Below are positions 11,325 to 23,100 of a stretch of DNA of 64,000 bases, piece by piece. Location of the stretch: NCBI RefSeq assembly GCF_963921235.1, contig NC_086108.1, forward strand, positions 64,544,001 to 64,608,000, read 5' to 3'. This DNA comes from Mobula hypostoma (lineage: Eukaryota). The translations under genes and the position numbers were made by a program. The notes under the pieces are model-generated. The model did no database searches. It saw only the letters and a program-made list of their open reading frames with translations, and was not told where the DNA came from. Positions within the stretch are counted from its first letter, which is position 1; every line of letters begins with the position of its first letter.

Positions 11325-14300
11325 CTATGGATACTTCATACATAAGTCATCAACAGCTATGATTTATCTGGTAGTAACAAAGTATCTAAAGGCTACTTTC
11401 CACCTCTTTTCAATGGCAGCAGTTTTATATTTCCTTTTGATGGCATGATGAGTAACAATAATTTTCAGCTATTTGGGACGAATCTGGTAGAAACCACAAT
11501 CTTTGTTGTGGTCAGTGCAGTACACAGCAGGATTGAATGTTTCACTTGGTTAAAGCTTTGGCTTCACTGCTGGGAGACCCCAGCTACTTGGATAGGTACG
11601 AATTTTGACATCGGCTCTAATCCACTTCTTTTGCCTGTTTTTGATGCAGTCAGTGAATGAATGTTGTAGTTTGGTTTTGGAAGCTGTTAGTGTTAATATT
11701 TTCTATTGAAACCCTGGCAATAGTTCTTTAAACGTTAGTGGTTTCTTTCAACCAGCTGCAGCAATACTGTCTTCTTTGTTGCATTTTCATGTCTTTTCAA
11801 AAGCCTAGCTTCACTTTCAAATCTCACTTTAAATAAATCAATTTAAAAAAAAGATTTGTAAATGAATATAGTTTGGAATCTTTGAAAATGCATGCATCAG
11901 TTTGATAGCTGAATTTATTTTGCATATATTAGTCCTTTGAAAGGAGGTGATATAGGAAAAAGTAAATTATTTCTGATTATATTTCTTTCATAATTGTATA
12001 AAAATTTGAATCAGCCTACAGCACCCCCCACCCTCCACAAGAAGGGTCTTTTCCTTAATAGATTATTGCTTTTTTGTGTTCATTTATGTGGGGGTAGGGG
12101 GTGTTGGTCAGTTAGAGGTGTTAATCAAACAAGTGGGGCAAATCTTCATTCCACATTGAGAAATTTTGTCGTGAAAGAAAACTTATGCCAGTCTGTCCTA
12201 CATCAGTCATATTGAATCTTTATTCCCACTTACCTTGCCTTTTATTGCTTCAGGCTGACCACTTTTTGAAGATTATATTTATACATACATAAAAAGTAAG
12301 TTAATTTGGAAGTCCTCTTGATGGATTACAGAAACTGAGGAATAAAAGAGGAGAAAAAATGGCAAATTGTTGTTTCAGCATCTAAATATTTTTTGCTAGA
12401 AGATGACCAATTATTATTGAATGCCAAGAAGGGTTAAGCCATTCCCATCTTTTAAAAATACTAAGTAAATGTTATTTAAGAAAATATTTTAATATTTTCA
12501 AGTATATTTTTATGGGCCTGTAAAATAAAACTTCAGCAACTTTGCCATTATCTGCTTTGATTGACTTTTTATTATAAATCTTGCAAATTCAATAAAGTGT
12601 GTCTACGTGATGGCTGACCAGTATTAAATGTATCCCTTGTAAGAATACAAAATGGATACTGTTTCATTTTATAGGAGACAAAATCTCTTTTGTTGCATTC
12701 AGTAATCAAAGTTTTTTTAATCTCCGTTTTCTGACTTTTCATGGACTTCCAGCATTTTTTTCCCTCTTAAAAACAGCTTTGATTTTCTTAAATTAAAAAT
12801 ACAAGATCAAAATCTTGGGTTGAGATTGCACCCCTTCCTCAGAATTAAGAGGGAGTATTTTAAAGAGGTCTTCTCCTGTTTGTAAATATCATATTCTCAA
12901 AAATAATTGTAATTAATGTTAACATATTTCTTACCTTATTTGCCTCCTTTTGCATAGTTTTGTTAAGTTTGAGCGAGCGATTGGCATAGAGAGTTTGCAC
13001 AATTAAAATGATGGTGAGTTACGCTTGTAAAATGGCAATGGGATTTTGCCTACCGATCCTCCTAGCATTCACGAAGCATTGCAGTATTGATGTGCCTCCC
13101 ATTGAAATAATCCATGACATGGTTCACGTTCAGTAACACTATAACCAATGCCCTTGGTGAATTTAGCAATTTTGCTTTTCTAGAAAAAATAAAATTAGAA
13201 AGTATTGTTTTATATGGATTTTTTTTATAAATAATAGGTTGTCATCATGATATCTCATTTTAACCTCAAATGAAGTTGAGTAATTATACATTTGTATTGA
13301 ATTGTATCATACTACGTTGGTTCTGTTATGATGTAGTGCCTGACTATAATAGCTGCCAACTAACATATCGTATTGCCCATTTGAATAGTTAGGAAATCCA
13401 AATATTTCAATAACTCAATTTGCTTCTTGTAGAAGCTAAGGACAAGACTAGGTGCTGAAGCTTTACTTTCCCTTGTTGTGAACCTTTTTATTTAAAATTT
13501 AACATGATAACGCACTTTGATTTTTTTTTGGGTTGCATTGACGTGCTCATGTATTGGCACATCCTGACTTTACTCTTTTGTGCAACAGTCTACACAGCCA
13601 ACATTTTTAAAGCTTCCTCTATCCCTTCTTGGCAAATAGAAGCTCTAGGTAGTCATGCCATAAATGTTGGAGAGAACAATGTGGTTTAACGCTTTTGGAT
13701 TTGCTAAATATTGACACTCCCAGAAGGAAAAATGCAACAATGAGTGGCATTCAAAACCATTCAGTGGCACATGTATATTGCAATTAAAGAACAGAATAAT
13801 GTGAAAGATCAAATGGCAATTTCTTTAATACAGTTCTAATGTTTTAACAAACTTACTCTGTCCAGCAAATTAGCTGGAGGGATCTTCAATCAACTTTTGT
13901 GTTTCATTCCTCAAATCAGTAGAGCTTGTGAAAGTGGCATGTGAAATATTTAATTAAACTGGGATTTATTTTCACTGTGTCCCAATGTCTGTTCTCTGCT
14001 TTTTTCCCTTTGTCCGCTTGTCTATTTTCCATCAATTCAATTACACCCCGATGGCTGTGAACCTATACTACAGTCCTTTCTCCAAATGTTGGCACACAGC
14101 ATTGCGGGCGTTGACGTTTTCGATGGATTTTCCACCTTCAATTCTCCTTTATAATTAATTGATAGTAAATGACTTTAACTTTTGCCCATCGTACATTGTT
14201 AGCTCCCTTCTCCCTCAAGTTACCCCACCCCAACTTCCCATTTTACGAGGCCTGTTTCCATTAGTTGCTCCATCTTGTGGTCTAACTGAGAACCAGCAAT

Positions 14301-17262
14301 AAAAAATTGTTTTACGAGGTTTACGGGAACAATTTAAGTAAAAGCTAACTTTACTCTTTTGTGCATGAGTTATTTTTAAAATTTCCCAATCTTTTGCCAA
14401 TTGTAAACACCAGGCAATGGTTTGCATCATGCACTAGTTAATAACAAAATATGCACTATTTCCATGAAACAATTAAATGATGTTATTCATTTTTATATTA
14501 AAAAATTTAGGTCAAAGCAGCTGTTTAAAAAATTCATCACTATTTAGTTGCTCCGATGATAAAGATCTTGGTCCCTTGGGGAAAGTAATAAATAAATATA
14601 CTAAATTTATTTTGAATCCGATGGAGCATGTGGAAACCTTCCAATATCCAGGCAGTTCCTCTTTTTTTCTTCTTTCTTTTTTTTTCTTTTTAGGTAGGAG
14701 TATATACCGGGGGGAAGGGTTAAGGGGAGGGGGGAGGGTAGATATTATCTTTTCATGTATTCATTTTGAAAACTCAATAAAAATTATAATGAAAAAAAAA
14801 TTCATCACAACACCAACTACTAAATCTGGAGAGTGCAAAGAATCCATATCAAATGTTTTGAGGTTCTTCAGTGGTATTTCAGCAGATGGAAAACTGTTCA
14901 GAAAGAGTAATCTTCAGAATGGGTATAGTGTGAGGTGGGGCAGTGAGAAGGAATTCTACAGGTGAGGGGGTGTTTTTGTTGATACGAAGAATGCTGGAAA
15001 GCATGACTAGAGCTATGTATATTGATTTTCAGTTAGATATGTGTACTTGTGGTGGGGGTCACGAATTTTACTGATTCATTGATTAAACCATCATGTTAGT
15101 GATTATACAGAGGACAACTTTGGTGACAAGAAGGAGTGAAAGTGAGCTACTGCAAAGGAATTCAATGTTTAAGTTCAATACTCCACTTTCCCACCATCCA
15201 AGGTCATTCTTTCACTAATGTCCAATGTGGGTCACTACTTCAAATTAAGTGAGTTAGGCCCATTCGGATTTCTATGGATATACCCTTGTGCAATGTAAAA
15301 GACAAAACTCTTAAAATAAAGGCCTATTGCTTCTTTCAGTTACTTGTATGGATAACTCACAGGATTCAAAATCTCAGCAAGGACTTGGGAAATAATGGAT
15401 GTTACATTTTATGCTCATTATTTAAAATCTTCCAAAACTGTAGAAGGAGGTAAAAGAGGTCATTGAGTAAAATATCTCATGAACAAGTAACTGTAGAATT
15501 TAAATTAGTTCCTAATGATATTGACAAATGATATTGACAACCTTCTCCAAAAAATTGAAAGTTGAGTTTGGTTTGAATACCTGCACCTCAAGAAATGCTC
15601 AGTTCTCAATATCAGAAATGCCAACTTTATGCAAATATTAAGATAATTAATCCACTAACAGCTGCATGCTTATGCTTGTTTTTTGATGTCCCTCAACACT
15701 GGTGTTGTTCAGTGTTCAGCTGCTAAGTGTTATGGTGGGGGCTTATTCTTTTGTAGCACAAACCTATGGGATATGATTATAGTAGTGATGTGGGTAGAAT
15801 GAAAGTAATATTTGGTGTTGGCCATTGTCCCTTGTGGTTAAAATAAAGCTTTTGAACTGTGGAGGCCTGCTCCGTGGCTTTTGGTGTTTCATAGTGGTTA
15901 GCTTTAGAGTACACTATTCAAATAACTTGGACGTTTTTATAGATGGCAGTAAACCAAACTCTAAAATATATTGTATCATTTTCTATGTTGCTTTCGTTTT
16001 GGTTTCAAATACGATGTGGAATTAAAAGCTGCACAATTCCCCACAAATAACTTAATTGTTTCTTGGTGTGCCACATGGATTTTGAGGGAAAATAAACTTT
16101 TCAGCTCCTCCTCCTATCAAGGATGTACATATAAATCAGATATGTGGAGTGTCATATATTCCATCTAGACCGTTGCTGTCCTTTCTGATGTTTATCATGT
16201 TCACCTGGCATAATTCCAGTGGAGATTGACAGAGCAAATGTAGTAATTCACTGTAAATATTTCAGTGCAGTAGTCAAATGTTTTAAAAGTTCTCATAAGT
16301 GAAGAAAGTAGTTTTTTAAATATTGGGAAGGGTCACTGCTAGTAACATTAATGGTTATCATATGTTAATTTGATATATATTGACGACCACCCCAAGTAAG
16401 TAGAACTCTGGTTGCTCAACTACACTTATTACTTAAAGATCTTGAAAGCTGAAAGAAAAACTTTCAATAGATTATTTGAGGAAAAGCTGTGGGTTTTTTT
16501 TGCAGTCTTTAAATAAGAAGTTTTTATAAAAGCCTCCATAGTTGTGAAACTGATTTTCATTCTAATTCTGTATCCATCGTAATCTTTATGTTCACCTTTT
16601 CAGGATCTTAGTATTTCCCTTAAATTTATTTATAAAAGACATAGGTTTGATTGACTTGTATTTAGTATCACAAGAGGACTTTCGGAAGTGGATGTCTGAA
16701 GTTTTAGGGCAACATACATAGTCTGACGTCACTGATTACTAACAATTTAATGTTGCCTCCTTAACTGAGGAAAGTTGGTGATAGTTTTTTATCGTTAAAT
16801 GGGTGTCCAGTGACAATACTTTGCATTTTCTTCTTAAATATTTTATTGCATTTATGCAATTAGGCCTAGAGAGTTATTATTTTGGAAGATTTGCATTATT
16901 TGTAACTTAACACTGTTCAAGTGGATGAACAGATTGCTGCATGGTGTGTTTGGTGTGGCTGTTATCACTGTTCATGACAGTAATGGGTATTGTAATTTGA
17001 ATACTTCAAAAAAATTGGACAACTGGATGATTCTCTTGAATGTAAATCCCTCATAGAGAGTATAATGGTTGTTTGTTGTTTTTTGGAGAACAAATGTCTG
17101 TAGTTTTCCCATGTTTGCTAGGCTTGCTTATTTTTTAAACAATCTGGATGATCTTTGGTGTCTCAATTGAATTTTTTGTCATTGACATGATTTCTTGATT
17201 TATTATTTGACACAACTGATGTAAACCTTTGTTTCTTTTATATAACTAGATTGTTTTCATCA

Positions 17263-17385
17263 GGGGATAGATATGTGTGGATAACAGAATGGGACTAATG
17301 TAGGATTCGTGGGTGGTTGATGGCTGACATGGGCTTGATGGGCTGAAAGGCTTGTTTCCATGCTGTATCATTCTATGACTCCATG
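17263..17385 (+). mobile_element. CR1-type 3' tail remnant (LINE or derived SINE)
   Basis: GATGGGCTGAAAGGCTTGTTTCCATGCTGTATCATTCTATGACTCCATG resembles the reverse complement of the young CR1 tail at 42680-42740. Confidence 0.65.
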
Positions 17386-19129
17386 GGCATAACATTCCTT
17401 GTCAAATGTATTAAATCAACTGTTCTTCAGAAAACACCAGCAATTTTTATGAATAAATTCTTTACTTACCCCTTTCCATTACATGCAAAAAGATAACACA
17501 GCATTAAAATTATTATTTTTATTTAATAAAGGCTAACATCTTAGAATGTGGTTCCATTTAACGCTGTCCTAGATTCAACAAGGGTTTTTCTTGGTACCTT
17601 CTTGTTTCATGTACAGGAGAGTTTTAACTACAAATCAGGACTAATGTGACCTTTTCAAGCAATTACAGTGATTAGTGTGTGGATGCATTGTCAATATTGT
17701 ATGTCAAAACCTGATCTGTTTAATGGAAATAGATTCCCTTAACTTTAAGCTTGATTATACGTTAACATGGCTAAAATTAATATTTGTTTGCTTCATAACT
17801 GGTGTATTTTAGTTTAGTCAAAAACAGTTATGTTTTGAAGATATTTAAAGAAATAAAAGAACTTCTGCTACATCAATAACACTGTTCTTTGTATCCCTTT
17901 ATTAAAAATACCATTATTTTTAATAATATGCTGTAGAAAGAAGAGCATAAACTATATAAAGATTTGGGTAAGCTGTCCCCTTTCAGTTACAGTTCAATGC
18001 CATTACACAAGTGCTTGTTTAAAATTGACATTGAACGGAAACCTAAATGAGAGTATCTTCGGATAAGACTGATCATTTCCTCTTGTGTGCCCACTGGATT
18101 TTTATTTCTACTTCACCAGTTCCTTGAGCGAGTAGTTTTAATAATTGTATAATGTGCTGGTAGCACGTCCATTTTAATTCTCAGTAAAATTTATGCAGGA
18201 TTGTTCTAGATCTGTCTTTTTAAAGTCCAATTTTACTGGTGACTAAGTGTGAACATTTAATTGTTTTAAAGACCATTGAACCCACTGTTCTCTTCACCTA
18301 TACATGTGAACCTTATTTGACTAACAGCATGTTGCTCCACTCTGTATCATTATTTAAAATGTACAATGTTACAGAAAACAATGAAAGCATGGAGCACAGG
18401 TCAAATAACTGCCACGTGTCGAGGATTTTCATGCAGGAGCTTAATGAAAGATGAGAAATGGATACATTAGTTCCCATTAGGTCATATAAGAAAATAAGTG
18501 GGAGATTCCTATGAGTAGTAGGAGACTTGGCTAGGCTGAAAATATATTAGATATTTTAAAATCATATTTTTGAAATGTGTTTAAAATTTCTACATCCTCT
18601 TAATTCAAGCAGTGCTCAGTAGAACAACTAACTGCTGGTTAAAGAGGAAAGATATGAATTACCATTGTAAGCACAGCAGTGTGATTTGACCACCTACTGA
18701 TAGCTGAGAATTATATTTTTTTCATTATGCCTACTTTCAATCTTTTCACCAGCTTTAAGTTTGCTAGTTCCTCAGTAATCATTTGATTCCCAGGCATTGA
18801 CTTGAAAGAAATACTTTGACTGTTTTGATTTATCTATTATTGAATTCCGTGTTTCATTTAGTTTTTTTAACGTGAAGTGAACTCTTGAGTCGTTTCAGCA
18901 AAGGAGAGCATTTGACCTATCAGATGTGTGCCAGCAAACAGTATTACATTTCCCTACAATCTTCCAAATTCTTAATTTCAAATATTTACCCCTTACTTCA
19001 GAAAGCTGCAATGGAATATACCTCCATAGCACCTTCAGGAAATCTTTTCCAAACAATAATTATTTACACAAAATATTGCTTTTCATAATGTTGTTAAACT
19101 TTTGCTTATTGCTTTAACTCTGACTCATC

Positions 19130-19850
19130 TGGTCCATGACCTCTCTGCTATTGGGGAGGGCAGGAATTCTCTTTTTACGTTTTCTAAACTTCTATCAAAC
19201 TTTCTCTGAATCTTTTCTGCTGCAAGGAGAACAACCTTAAGTCTGTAGTCTGTACTCATAATTGAAAATCCTCTCTCCTGGAAGCATTCCAGTAAATCTT
19301 GTCTGTGCTCTCTGGGGCCTTCAGAACCTTCCTAAAGTGTGGTGACCAGAGTTGGGCACAATAATCTAGTTGTGGCCTAATGAGTATTTTTTTTTTATAA
19401 AGGTTCAACAAAACGGCGTTGTTTTTGTAATTTATGTATGTGTTTATGAAGGCAGGATCCCAGATGCTTCATTAACCGCTTTCTCAGCCTGTCCTGCCAG
19501 TTTCAAAGATTTATACATATATAGACTGGGCTTGGTGTCATTGTTGAATCTACTACTATACTCCTCATTGCTTGCCACACTTCCAAGCTGTGTAATCCAT
19601 AAATTTGGAAATTTTACCTGGCACCTCCACGTCTGAGTCAATAAAATATATCTGCCAAAGCAAATGTCCATACACTGATCCTGGGAGAGCACCACAGTTC
19701 ATGTCTATGCAACCAGATTTTTAAAAAAGCCACTTACTATGACTCGTTGCTTTCTGTCTGTTAAACTGTTTCTTACTTGATATTTCTAACCTATTTATTC
19801 TACAGCCTTCAATTTTTCTAACCATTCTTTCATTCAGAATTGCATCAGAT
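19130..19850 (-). mobile_element. Old CR1 LINE reverse-transcriptase fragment
   Basis: Degenerate but colinear similarity to 43000-43850, e.g. GTGACCAGAGTTGGGCACAATA vs GTGACCAGAACTGTACACAATA, and CCAGTAAATCTT vs CTAGTAAATCTT. Confidence 0.7.
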
Positions 19851-19867
19851 GCCTTCTGATTACAGCT

Positions 19868-20160
19868 AATTGAGCTGCTACCTCAGGGCTCCAGTGAACT
19901 GGACTGAAAACTGACCTTTGGTGCCTATGTGGAATTTGCATATTCTTACTGTAACTGCATAGGATTTCTCTGGATACTTTAGTTTTCTCCCACATCCCAA
20001 AGGCAGATTTCTATATTAATTGACCACTGTAACTTCTTTCTTGTTAGGCAACTGACTAGATCTGAGCAGACTTGATGGTAATGTAGGAAGAATAGATTAT
20101 CTGGGGAATGGGATTGCTCAGTAGACTGAATTGCTTCCTTCTATGTTGTTAAGAAATATG
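19868..20160 (+). mobile_element. V-SINE (HE1-like elasmobranch SINE), degraded
   Basis: TGTGGAATTTGCATATTCT...GGATTTCTCTGGATACTTTAGTTTTCTCCCACATCCCAAAG matches the V-SINE central domain as I recall it. Confidence 0.7.
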
Positions 20161-23100
20161 ATGATGAATTCTTTTCCATTAAATAAACTCTAGTTTTTTT
20201 TCCTCTTGGTCTGCTAAAAGCAGTACTGACTAAAAAGCATTATTCCTAATAATGGGCAACTGCACCACCACCCAAATTTCCCAACATATTTAAAAGAAAA
20301 ATTGGAATTCACTGACCGAAACCAGTAATGAGTGTTGGTCAAAAAATTTCTGATTGATCTTGCACAATGTATTTGTATTTTTTGTAATAATTTAATATTA
20401 TAGAGAGTTATGATGGTATTCACTAAACTGCCAGTAAACCCATTGTTCTCAGAGTTGTCGAGTTTTGGGTTGACGAGGAAAGGCATATAACTTGGCAAAG
20501 TATTGACAGCAAATAACTGTTTAAATTTTGCTGATTATTTTGCTGCATCATAGCAGTTTGACATTTGTCAAAGTGCACAATAATATTTGGGACAAATGAA
20601 CATTTCAACAAGGTTTAAAGTTCACATGCTTTGGCAAGTTTGTTGATTATGTGACTCATGAAGTGGCATTTTAAGTCCACAATTTTTAAGTAGAAAAGTA
20701 TATTCTTTCATGGATTATAGTGATAATGAATACAGAACATTGGGTATGGTCCCTAAAATAAGTAGATTACATTCAAGCATCACAAATTTTGGTTGTACTG
20801 GAACATCATCATATCATGATTTTGATTAAAAGTTCAATTAATACCCATCATAAGAAAATTACTGTTCAGAATGGAAATTTACAACCTTTATATCTGCAAA
20901 CTTATTCTGATGCTGTACTGGAGCATTCAAACATTTGTTTTTTACTGAATTCTTATTTATTCCTCACTTGGCCATCAGTTGAAGGCTTGTATTGATCTGA
21001 CTTAAAGAGCCAAATGTGAAGAAGCCAAAAGCCAGGCTTTAATTTACCATTATCATGAGTAAGTTTATTTGGAAAGACCAACAATTGTTTCTAAATTTCT
21101 GCTTGTTGAAGAAATCCCAGTTGCCTGACTCCAAAGAGGAAAAGTGCTGACAGTTTGTTTTAAAGACATTGGGAATGAAACTCCCATTTAATAGCAAAAA
21201 AACAAACTGCAATGTTGACAGGTTCTTTCTCCCCTTCCCCTCCCTTCATCACGTACAGGTACCACTGGACCCACTGAGTCCATCCAATAGTTTGTTTTTT
21301 TTTGCTCCATGTTGCAGCATCTGCAGTCTCTTGTGTCCCCATTTAATAGGTTGTCTTCATTAACCCCCACTGAGCCGCAATGAGACCGGTGCAGTGGATA
21401 GAAAGAAATCATCAGCCAGTGAAAGGTTAAGTAAACCGATGTGTACAGTACTGATTTAAATACAGTTGGAATTACTTGGCACTGGAAAGAATGTTCCCAT
21501 TGATTGGCATCGATTGAATGACTTCAAATCTACCCACAAGACAACTCTTTGGAACAGCTTTGGGTTGTTTCTATGGCAACTGCACTTATCCAAGCATTAA
21601 CATTATGTTTGGGTCAGGAAGGGGAAAGAGAAAATAGAGACCAGTTGATGGAAGTGGCTAGGGGGAGGTTTGGAGAGGGGAAGGATGGGGAGGGCAAGAA
21701 AAATAATTTTTTTGTTTGTCATTCACAATGTGGAAACTAATCCTTTGTCACATATTTGAAGTTTCGAAAGAGAAATGCTTGGGGAGCGGAAGATGCATAA
21801 AATAATCTATTTCAATGACCACTTGCTGTAAAGATAGTTGATGAAATTAACTACTTTGGAGTTTTTGCCATAATTAAGATTATAGACAATAATGCCATTA
21901 AGTATAATAATGTTTTATGCATGATCATTGCAGTCATATGGATTATAGGATAATACCAAGCAGCTATAGATCTAGGTCCACAATATAAGCCTTCAAACTC
22001 TTCGTGTAACTGTACAATGTTAAAAGTGGATTCTTTAGAGCATGCCACTGGTCTGAAAGCTATCTCATTTCTTGTTGATAACATAATGTATGATGGGTAT
22101 AAAAATTCAACAGGATATACTGTATATACTCAAGTTAAATTGAATATTTCATGTGCTGTACCTTAACTGATGTCAAAAAGTGGATTGCCATACCCAATTT
22201 ACTCCTTCACTTGTGGTTTCAGGGTTCAGGTCTGCATTTCTGCTGGATGTTTCAATTAGGTATGTTTGTCACATTCAAGTACAAGTTTTATGTATGGAAT
22301 GAGAATCACTGGCCAATTCAACATGCAGTGTCTGGCTGCTTGAATAACTATTGTCAACTTCATAAAGCACAAATCTGTGCTTGGAGTAATTCAGAAAATA
22401 TGTGAATTTGGTACATTGAATACCTGTAAAATATGTTAATGTTTTAATGTCGTTCAGATTTTGAATCTACATGTCTTTTGGTTTTTAGATATATTTACTC
22501 CATCCTTATCTAATGTTATCTATTGATAGAATGGTTTTCTTGATGGTTGAAGCATGAAAAATAATTGTATACAGATTCTATTTACTTCTAAAATTTATAA
22601 AAATATTCCAATAGTCATCTAAATAGGAAAAAAAAGTTCAATAATAGTGAACTTGTGCCGATGGTATTGTTTCTGTATGTTGCATATACTGTTGAGGAAA
22701 TATATCTTTATACTACATAAAGGCCTAGTGACATTATTTTATTGTTGCTCTTTCATAGATCCTAATTGTTATAAGTGGCATTTGCCACATGACTTAAATA
22801 ATTTTCTTCCATGAATTTAACGTTTTTGTGATAAGATTGCATTCGGGGCATGTCACATAATGCATGTGCCTATCATAATTTACATCTATTTTTTGGATAT
22901 GAATATGTCATGGGCTTCCTGGAAGTAATTTAGAACATTTTGTTTTTTTCATTAATTGCCTTATCTAGCTATTCCACTTATTAAACTTTTGAAAATAGAG
23001 TCAAATTAAGATGCAGTTAACATTAGAGCCACTGATTCTAATTTTAATTTGCAGTGCATTTTAAGAAAGAGGAGTGGGATTTGGACTCAGCAGTCATTGA

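Noticed and set aside
15514..15540. Short tandem duplication AATGATATTGACA x2
   Set aside because: Ordinary slippage-type duplication with no sign of function.
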